Source: Antedon mediterranea (Eukaryota > Animalia > Echinodermata). From it: a stretch of 64,000 nt of DNA. The notes under the pieces are model-generated. The model was not told the origin of the DNA and ran no database searches. It saw nothing but the letters and a program-made list of their open reading frames with translations. Position numbers and translations under genes: made by a program. The stretch is taken from contig NC_092670.1 of assembly GCF_964355755.1 (NCBI RefSeq), forward strand, positions 1 to 64,000. Reading direction: 5' to 3'. Positions 13,101 through 23,615 of this stretch are shown here, piece after piece. Position 1 is the stretch's first letter; each line of letters opens with the position of its first letter.

Positions 13101-14825
13101 GGCGCTAATGCAGTTTCGTCATTCAGCAAGCATAAAATGGTAAAATATCGATAATTTCTTATTTATAACTATTTTTAATCAATTAATAATTGAGCACCCT
13201 TCAGAAATCCATCGCCAGCTTAGCTTCGCGAAAATCATCGCTAGGCCTGCCGATGAAAGTACGGAGGCCTCATAGGGCATCGATCTATAGAGGAAGCTGT
13301 TATGATCATATTATGGCGATAATAAAATATTTTTTACATGTTCCTCGTGAAACGGATTTTAAGTTTTTTTCATAAAGAAATATTTTGTGTTTAATTATGT
13401 TGTTAATTTTTAGAAATTCTATTTATTTTGAATGTTGTCTGTTATTGTCTTGTCAAATTATATTTTTTGTAAGGGTCCCTAATGATCAGCTTCGGCTGGA
13501 TGGACCACCCTCATAAAATATTGTTGACATAAATTAATGAATAGTTGCTTCATTATTTAATGTTTTATTTGATTTTATTTTAATAAACACAACAGGAAAG
13601 AAGATAAAAAAGAAGAAATGAAAGACATGAAATGATGTATTCAGTGTCAGCAGAAGTAAAATAAATTCTAGTAATTAATTGATGGAAAACATTTTTATTA
13701 TAATTATTGTATTACTGTACATTACATTTCAATAAATTATATCTTTCTGTTTTTGTTCTCTTTCTGTTTTCGTTGCATTTCCTATTTCCATGTATTTGAA
13801 GAGGTCTTTCATAGGTGAATAAAAAATGTTAATTAACAATAATATACTTCTATAAAATCTTAAAACAGGGAAACCATTAGCGTTTCTAGTATAGCTAGTG
13901 ATAAAAAATACTAAAACAATTAATTCGTCATAGCTTGATTATTATGTTATAACATTAACAATGTAACTCAGGAATGAAGTACTGTAATTCTTTTTATTCA
14001 TTTCATTTATTTATTTGACTTACAAACCATAATGTAAAATAAACTAAAACAGAGGAAAATTGGTCAGTACTTATATCTTCAAGAGTCAGCAGTTCATTTC
14101 ATTTCATTTCATTTCTTTATTCGACAACAAGCGGTCCAGGGATTGCGACAGCAACAGAGCGCCATAACACATTTGTGTCCGCAATCCCTGTAACATACAA
14201 CTTAATACAAGTTAAAAATGAATATAAAATATACAGAATACATAAATAATTTAATTAATTTGTATTACTGTGTTACACAATTTAAAATACACCTATACAA
14301 TTAAAATAAATTTAGCGTTGATCAAGCAGATATTTTTTCAGTTCCATATTTATCTTCTTTTCTGTGTGAAATTCTACTAGTAAAATGAAAGAACAAATTA
14401 AAAACATAACATAATTATGATGATACCCACAATGATGAATACAGCAATTGTATAGTATTTCTTTTCTTTATTAAAAATACGAAACGCATGTCGGAAATAA
14501 TGAAAATTATAATTATTTGGTGCGTGCTTTAAACGTTAGTAACTACGCCCTCTATAGAACGCAACTGTTTACTCTATTAATAGAGTTAATGTCCTGTGAG
14601 GCCTCCGTACTTTTATCGGCAGGCCTAGCGATGATTTTCGCGAAGCTAAGCTGGCGATGTATTTCCGAAGGGTGCTCAGTATTAATTGATTAAAAATAGT
14701 TTTAAATAAAAAATTATCGATTTTTTACAATTTTATGATTGCAGAATGTTGTAGACAACTCGTGAGTAGGTTGGATGAAGATTTTGAGTAATTTTAAGGG
14801 GTGGGTACGAAACTGCATTAGCGCC
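13101..14825. mobile_element. Mutator-like non-autonomous element with ~175-bp TIRs, nested in copy A
   Basis: Termini ggcgctaatgcagtttcgt / acgaaactgcattagcgcc; inverted arms 13101-13277 vs 14593-14825; degenerate 9-bp TSD CGCCATTCT (13092-13100) / CGTAATTCT (14826-14834). The empty site is visible in copy B. Confidence 0.78.
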
Positions 14826-15110
14826 CGTAATTCTTTAGTAATAAATTATATTAAAAACACCATAAACTAAAGGCTGATTATTTCGACAATCCACACAAAA
14901 CGCCACTATTCTTCTATGAAATCGCACGCCGCAACAACAGCGGAGATAGGCCTAGAATCGTACCGCACTTGTGTAATCACTTCTTGTTGCTATACGCTTG
15001 GGTGCACACGGAAAAAGAAAATTTAACAGATGAATTATTCATGTTTATTTTGTGACGTTTCATGCGGGGGTCCCCAACTTATGTACGAAAAAAAAAATCG
15101 CAGGCCGGCT

Positions 15111-15986
15111 GCGATTTTTTTTTTCGTACATAAGTTGGGGACCCCCCTCATGATACGTCACAAAATAAACATGAATAATTCATCAGTTAAATTTTCTTGT
15201 TCCGTGTGCACCCAAGCGTATAGCAACAAGAAGTGATTACACAAGTGCGGTGTTGTTGCGGCGTGCGATTTCAGCGGCGTTTTGTGTGGATTGTCGAAAT
15301 AATCAGCCTTTAGTTTATGGTGTTTTTAATATAATTTATTACTAAAGAATTACGTGTTAAAATTATAGTTTCTATTAATACTATTAGGCCTAATTATTAG
15401 TCTCTAAACCCATGTCTATTCTAGTAGTAGCTGTGTGGGTGTGTGTGACGTGTGTGTGTGTTAGGTATGACCAAAGATAGTTACACTATCTTTGGTATGA
15501 CACAATCCGAGTAATAAGTCAGCAAAATTAAACAATAAACATTACACAAAAATACATTTTTTATTCTCGTGGGTCAAATCTTCCCATCTCATGTGTTCAT
15601 ATACGCGCATTTTTAAAGTTCCTTTGAGTACATGCATATTGTTTGATAATAAAAAAATACAGTACACAAATTATACACATTCTTTATTCTTGTGGGTCTA
15701 AGCTTTCTTTGGGCTATGTCCAATGAATTACTACTTAGTTTAATGTCTTGTCTAGCTGTCGATTAGCCTCGACTCGACACATTTAGTGTGAAGAAGAGTG
15801 CGCGAAGGCAATCACGTGAATTGACTTTAGCCTAGTGTTAAAGTATCGTATCGCAGTTGTGTAATCACTTCTTGTTGCTATACGCTTGGGTGCACACGGA
15901 ACAACAAATTTAACTGATGAATTATTCATGTTTATTTTGTGACGTTTCATGAGGGGTCCCCAACTTATGTACGAAAAAAAAATCGC
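15111..15986. mobile_element. Mutator-like non-autonomous element copy B (876 bp, uninterrupted, inverted relative to copy A)
   Basis: Same TIRs as copy A; flanked by AGGCCGGCT at 15102-15110 and 15987-15995. Confidence 0.87.
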
Positions 15987-16011
15987 AGGCCGGCTACGGC
16001 CAATTGCATGT

Positions 16012-19000
16012 TGCTGCAGACTGTCCGCCATGCGGTATGTCTACTAGAGGGAGTTTGTGTCCGCCAACCGGTACCTTGTCAAATTGCCCGACGATTCCAT
16101 TTTACAGTGGGTAATTACTGTAACTAGTACAATAGCCCCGCGATTCCATTTTACAGTGGGTAATTATTGTATCTACAGTGTGGTAGACCGTCAATTACTC
16201 GTATTGGTATTACTTATACTGGTATTTGATATACTGTGTGTAGTTTTTTGTTCTTTTTAATTAATAAATGACCTTTTACAATTGTCTATTGTGATTTTTT
16301 TAAACATTGACGAATTAGAAAATATTGGCAACAGAGGGCGCTATTTCTACATTTATAACAGAGCCATAATGAAAGAGTAAGTAATACGACCAAAGATTTT
16401 AAAATCTCTCTGGTAGTGGTACAGTTACACTGTTCTACAATTTTAGTATCCCGTAACAGAGTAAACCCTCTATTGAATTACAACAATAATACGTTGCATG
16501 CTCCTACGAAATTTACGCATGTTTTGGGAGATACAGAATATTTTAGTTAACATTTTAGATATCCCGACAGTTTTGTCTAAGTACTCTCACATGCATTGAT
16601 GAAGGGCTATTCATAAACTCATACTCATATATAACTCATTATAAGCCTATGATTATTCATTATTATTATTAAATAATGTTATTATTATTATCTTGCAGCA
16701 CCCTATATAGCTCTCCGAATTTTATCTATAATTATAATTATTGTTTAATCTTAAGTTGTTTTAGGCCCATGTGACATTATGTTTAATTGTTTATTATTAT
16801 TTTTACAAAGGAAAACGGACTTGGGTTGGGAGGGGGGGGGGAGTTCATGTTTGGTCGATAATATGTTGAACGGAGGGAGTAGGAGGGGCATGGTGTCAAT
16901 GGATATGCCTACATCGTGTGTAACTGTAACAGTGTCCGCCAGAAAGAGCTTTTAAGGGCATCTTGACATTAATTTATATTTACATTTATATGGATCAATT
17001 ACAAATTATAACAGGCAACAGGTACGTTATGATACATAAACATCAGATAAGCCGTTGATTTCATCGCCCAAAAACGTGCCAATATTTGTTATAACGTAAA
17101 AGATATCCCAACTATCCACTAAAGAGAGAGTTTATTAAATTACAATATTCTGTCACCGAAAAAAATATGATATACATTTAATTTTTTTCCAGACGGTTAA
17201 AAATTATGAGTCTTGACTATACATCGTACCGTTTTTTAATGTCCGTTTACAAATAGCAGAGAAATGCAGTTTGTTTTAATATAGGCCTAAAGATATAGGC
17301 CTAATATGCAGTTTGTCCACCAGAGAAAGTTTTTGGACGGGCCTAGTTCTTTTTTAACCAAATAATTTGTCTGGTTGTGATCGTGTATTTGAGCTTGGAT
17401 GGGGAGGGGGCGTTAGTTCATGTTCAGTCGATATGTTGAACGGAGGGTGCGGGGGGCGGGGGTATGGTGTGAAGGGATAAGCCTACACCGTGTGTAACTG
17501 AATTGTCCGCCAGAGAGATTTAAAGGGCATCTTTACATAACTTTGTATTTAGTACATTTATATGGATCAATTACAAATTATAGCAACAGGTACGTTCTAT
17601 ATAAATATCAGATAAGCCGTTGAATTCATCGCCCAACACGTGCCAATATTTGTTATAACGTAAAAGATAGCCCAACTGTCCACTAGAGAGAGAGTTTATT
17701 GAATTACAATATTCTGTCGAAAAATATATGATATACATTTAATTTTGTTAATGTAATATTTCCAGACGGTGACAAATTTTGTCTTGACTATACATCGTAC
17801 CGTTTTTGAATGTCCGTTTAAAAATAGCAGAGAAATACAGTTTGTTTTAATATAGATATAGGCCTAATATGCAGTTTGTCCACCAGAGGGAGTTTTTGGA
17901 CCTAAGTTCTTTTTTAACTAAATAATTTGTCTGGGTGTGATCGTGTATTTGAGCAAAGGGGGAGGGAGTTCATGTTTGGTCGATATGTTGAACGGGGGGG
18001 GGGGGGGTGATGTATGGTGTGTAGGGATAGGCCTACACCGTGTGTAACCGAATTGTCCGCCAGAGAGAGTTTAAGGGCATCTTTACATAAATTTGTATTT
18101 TGTACATTATTATGAATCAATTACAAATTATAGCAACAGGTACGTTCTATATAAACATAAGATAAGCCGTTGATTTCATCTCCCAACAACGTGCCATTAT
18201 TTGGAATGGAGGGGGCTGGGGGAGGTATAGTGTGAACGGATAAGCCTACATTTGGCGATATTCTGTCACCAAAAAAAATATGATATAAATTTAATTTTTA
18301 AATGTGATACTTCTAGACTGAGACAAGTCTTGACTATACACATACACATCGTACCGTATTTGAATGTCCGTTTAAAAATAGCAGAGAAATGCAGTTTGTT
18401 TTAATATAGATATAAGGCATATGCAGTTTGTCCACCAGAGGGAGTTTTTGGACCTACGTTCTTTTTTAACTAAATAATTTGTCTAGGTGTGATCGTGTAT
18501 TTGAGCTTGGATGGGGAGGGGGGGGGGGTTCATGTTTGGTCGATAATATGTTGAACGGAGGGGGTGGGAGGGGGTATGGTGTGTAGAGATAGGCCTACAC
18601 CGTGTGTAACTGAAGTCTCCGCCAGAGAGAGTTTAAGGGCATCTTTACATTAATTTGTATTTAGTACATTTATATGAATCAATTACAAATTATAGCAACA
18701 GGTACGTTCTAAAACATCAGATAAGCCGTTGATTTCATCGCCCAAAAACGTTCCAATATTTGTTATAACGGTAAAGATAGCCAAACTGTCCACTAGAGAG
18801 AGAGTTTATTGAATTACGATATTATGTCACCGAAAAAAATTTGATTTACATTTAATTTTTTAAATGTGATACTTCCAGACTGAGATAAATTATGAGTCTT
18901 GACTATACATCGTACCGTTTTTTGAATGTCCGTTTAAAAATAGCAGAGAAATACAGTTTGTTTTAATATAGATATAGGCCTAATATGCAGTTTGTCTACC

Positions 19001-21261
19001 AGAGTGAGTTTTTTGACCTACGTTCTTAATAATTTGTCTGGGTGTGATCGTGTATTTGAGCATGGATGGGGAGGGGGAGAGAGTTGGTCAATATGCTGAA
19101 CGGAGGGGGAGTGGGATGGTGTGGACGTGAAGGGATAAGCCTACACCTTGTGTAACCGAATTGTCCGCCAGAGAGTGTTTAAGGGCATCTTTACATACAT
19201 TTTTATTTTGTACATTTATATGAATCAATTACAAATTATAGCAACAGGTACGTTCTATATAAACATCAGATAAGCCGTTGATGTCATCGCCCAACCGTTT
19301 ACGTTTATTTATCAATTTAATTTAACGTTGAAATCCAGTCGAATTTGGTTAAAAAGGATATGTTTTCAATGTTGAAAAAAGATTGAAAGAGGTAGTTATA
19401 AATTATGCTTTCATGTTTTAACCCCTTTACAGTATTACGTTTCTTTAGCAATCTCTTTTCAACGTTAATTTAACGTTAAAATCGAGTTGGCATTTTTTGG
19501 TTAAAATGACAACATGTTTTCATCATTGAATAAAGGTTGAAATTATGTTTTCATGTTTTAACTCCATTAGGGCCTACAGTATTACGTTTCTATATCAATC
19601 TCATTTCAACGATAATTTAACGTTATAATCGAGCTGTCTTTGGTTAAAATGGCAACATGATTTGAATTGAACATTGTGTTACGTTTATAACACAATATAA
19701 TGTTAACGTTAATTCAACGTTAAAATCCATTTGGCATTTTTGGTTAAAATGACAACATTTTTTCAACATTGAATAAAGGTTGAAATTACACTGTGTTAAC
19801 GCCATTATTACGTTTGTTTTTCAATATTATTTCAACGTTAAGATGTATTGTCCCTTTGACTAATTCAACAAAATAAATTTATTTAAAAAAATTAATATTT
19901 CGAAAAAAAGTTGGTCATTTTGAAGTATCATAATAGTTATTAACTTTCACCAAAAATTAGTCGAAAAAAGTTGATTTAAAATTAAAACAAAACAGTAGAC
20001 ACAAGTATGAATATTTTCATAACCCAATTTATCCATTTTTAAACTTAACCTTATTTTTGAATGCAGATGTCATTTGTCCATTCGTCTACAAGCCTTTCGT
20101 TTTACTATTACAAATGTCTTAATTAAATGCACTGTGTTGAAGGGTGCAGTATGTTTGAATTTACAGTTTTTCTGTAATATTTCTGCTACAGTATTCTGTA
20201 GTATTTTGAAAGATATGCTACTTAAATTAGGGTGTATTTAAAACAATAATCATAATGAAGGTTACATTGGTTAAACATTAAATTATTACCCGAACCTTAC
20301 TTTCTTTAAAAAAAAATACAAATAATAAGTCAATCTATCAATATTCATGATAGTTTGCTCCTATGGAATTTATAAATTATATCTTATGTTTAGGAAGTCT
20401 TTTTTATGTTTTACATTGTAATGTTTAATGTCTTTTGGAAACTCAGACCAAAAATCTTTTTTTTTTAGATTCCACACATCATTTTTAACAAGGCTTTTTC
20501 TTGTAATTTGTTTTATAAAATTGTATGTACTGTGAAACAATAAAAATGATATGAAAAATTAATATGATTTTGAAATTATGAAGAATCAGATATACAGTAA
20601 TTCGGTAAATAATGGCCAATGTAGTACACAGTAGTATAACAATAACAGTATAATAATGCTGCGCAGGATATAGCTATGCTAGTTAATAATACTAGTATTA
20701 TATGCAAAGTATGGCCACCGTCGACGGTTTTCAGCCGTTCCTACAATACGGACAATGCAGTTATTTTTTAGGCCTACGTTGTGTGATGTCTAGCATTAAT
20801 TTGTTTGTTTTAAGGTTGTTATAGTTTTGATGTTATTTTTTAATGTATTCATCATGTGGAGATCTAAGATGGGATAAACCACCTGCAAGAAACAGGTTAG
20901 ATTCACAGAATATTCTACTGATAAAAATATTGTATATAAAAACCGAACAGAAAAAATTCGATATACAAAACACCTCGGATTATGGTCTATCAAACTGCCA
21001 TTTGGATATGTCGACGCAACTCTAGGAAAAGTGACGCTTTAGTAACGCAATTTACTTACAGAAACAAAGTACATATAATTTTTCCCTCTAAAAAAATGGT
21101 ATCATCAGGAATATGTTCCCCCTGGCAGACATACCGCCTTGCAGACATTACAGAAACAAAGTACGGATATTTTCCCTTTTAAAAAAATGGTATCGTCGAG
21201 AATATGTTCCCCTGGCGGACATACCGCCTGGCAGACATACCGCATGGCGGACAGTCTGCAG
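16012..21261. mobile_element. Probable large non-autonomous TIR element (about 31-bp inverted ends, subterminal direct repeats)
   Basis: tgctgcagactgtccgccatgcggtatgtct at 16012 is the reverse complement of agacataccgcatggcggacagtctgcagca ending 21261; no clean TSD seen. Confidence 0.5.
16820..19295. repeat. Diverged ~555-bp tandem repeat, about 4.5 copies, each with G-tracts
   Basis: Anchor caacaggtacgtt recurs near 17016, 17584, 18134, 18696 and 19242. Confidence 0.9.
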
Positions 21262-21312
21262 CAGGATCTCTATCGCTACGGCATAACTTAAATTTTATCG
21301 CTGGCAACACTG

Positions 21313-21325
21313 GTTGCTAGGGAAC
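21313..21325. promoter_or_regulatory. RFX X-box-like motif GTTGCTAGGGAAC upstream of a ciliary gene
   Basis: Imperfect palindrome resembling GTTRCYnRGNAAC, 64 nt before the TCTEX1D2 ATG; a second half-site (GGCAAC) lies at 21303-21308. Confidence 0.6.
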
Positions 21326-21389
21326 ACAGTAATTCTAGCTTTTAGCAGTTTGCAAAACCAACAAAACACACACGCAGAAGTAGTACAAA

Positions 21390-23583
21390 ATGACGGATAC
21401 TGCTGATTATGAAAATGTTGAAGATAATCAAATTCAAGAAGATGAAACTGTCATACCGAATACATATATGCTAAGACCGAACTTCTTACAGAAGTAATGC
21501 TAATGTAAAACTTGGCCTATTTGCCTAGGCCTAGCTAGGCTAGGCTAGCCTAGCAAGCATGATGAGGCCTCTCTTCGAATCCGGGACAATTCGGCCCACT
21601 TTTGATTAGACGATTCGGTCCACTTTTGAATGGACGATTCGACCCATTTTTACATCCCACTTTGTCCGAAACGTCTCACTTTAGACCAAATTCATATTCA
21701 TTTTTTGTTTGTATGTTTTTAAAGCCGAAGGTGTTTAACAAGTTTTTATAAAAAGGTTATTAACACATGCCATGTGAAATGGGGACGTTTATTCAAATAA
21801 ATTCGGGTTGGCCTACTGTACCTAGAATTGTTAATGTTATATTGGCAATGACGTATTGATGCCAACTTATTATTGTAATTTTAATTAATTATATAGTTTT
21901 ATTCTTCTAATAATTAATAGGTTTCGACAAGCAACAGTGAAAGAGACAATTCATATTGTGTTGAATGAAGAACTGGCAGATAAGAAATACAATTCAGAGG
22001 ATTGCTCTAACTGGTGTAAAAGCATTAGTCTGGAAATTAAAAAAAGATTAAAAGGTTCATAATTCGAATTATCAATAATATAAATACTGTATTTATTTCT
22101 GTCTGTTTCATATAACAGTTTCTGTATCTTACAGTACTGACTGGTGTACATACTGTAAATAATATAAATACTGTATTTATTTCTGTCTGTTTCATATAAC
22201 AGTTTCTGTATCTTACAGTACTGACTGGTGTACATACTGTAAATATATATAAATACTGTATTTATTTCTGTCTGTTTCATATAACAGTTTTTGTATCTTA
22301 CAGTACTGACTGGTGTACATACTGTAAATTTTACACTAAAAGAGAAATTAAATAATATATTTAATATTGTTTAGAAGATTGTGTCATGATTTAAAATGGC
22401 ACAATTCCCTTTAATTTTACTTTTTTCTTGTGCACTAAACATTTTTGTCAAGATGGAGCTATTTCAAGCATGTGAATGTTATTTTATTCAAATATGATCA
22501 ATTTCATACTCAATGCCTTTTCTACAGATTTAGACTTGGACAGATATAAGTTTATAGTACAAGTTGTTATTGGGGAACAAAGAGGTGAAGGGGTCAAGTA
22601 AGTTGTTATTTTACCATCGGACCAGCTTTAGAGTATGCTGTCACTCATGTGGGACTTTGGCATAACAAAAACTCAGGATAACCAAATTGAGTAAATTGTA
22701 AAAAAAGAGCCTTTTGAATTATCTTTGGAAACTGCTATGATAGTTTTAATAATGCCCTTCACTGTCTGGTCTTAAACCCTTTCTAAAAGAAAAAACAATT
22801 TGTGTGGGTCAAGTTTTCAAGCTTTTTTAATGGTTCAAACTTAATACCAAGGGACACCAAACTTAATTAACTTGATCAGACCCAATACCTTTTTAATATT
22901 CTTGATTTTTGGAGACACATTTTTTGATATGTTTTGTTACACCTGCTTATAAAATTTTTTACATCTTTTTATAGCTTTTGTTCTGAAATTGTCTATTTTA
23001 TAAATGTCTTTAGAGCAATTTAATCTTCACTACTGCCAACTGTGATTTTAATCAAATGAAATCACATACACAATACTTCAATCGCCACAATATAACCATA
23101 TTTCCATTTCTTGTTTCAAATGTTATTTTTTTTTTAGAATGGGATGCAGGTGTTTTTGGGATTCTGACACGGATAACTATGCACAAGATATATTTATGAA
23201 TGTAAGTTGTATACAACAGTCAGGATGTACAGTAGCGCAATGTTAAACGTTATTTAAAATTTAAAACAAACACTGCATTATGGCTGTTCATGATGGTGAT
23301 GATGATGATGATGGTGGTGATGATGGTGATGATGATGATGATGATGGTGATGGTGATGATGATGGTGATGATGATGGTGGTGATGATGATGGTGATGATG
23401 GTGATGATGATGGTGATGGTGATGGTGATGATGATGGTGGTGATGATGATGATGATGGTGGTGATGGTGATGATGATGATGGTGATGGTGATGATGATGA
23501 TGATGATGATGATGATGGTGGTGATGATGATGATGATGGTGATGATGATGGTGGTGATGATGATGATGATGGTGGTGATGGTG

Positions 23584-23615
<32 letters not shown>

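Larger units (their letters stand above)
8918..15101. mobile_element. Mutator-like non-autonomous element copy A (about 0.9 kb core) carrying two nested insertions
   Basis: TIR gcgatttttttttcgtacataagttgggga at both ends; 9-bp TSD AGGCCGGCT at 8909-8917 and 15102-15110. Core pieces 8918-9518, 13033-13100 and 14826-15101 are colinear with the reverse complement of 15111-15986. Superfamily inferred from TSD length and long TIRs. Confidence 0.85.
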
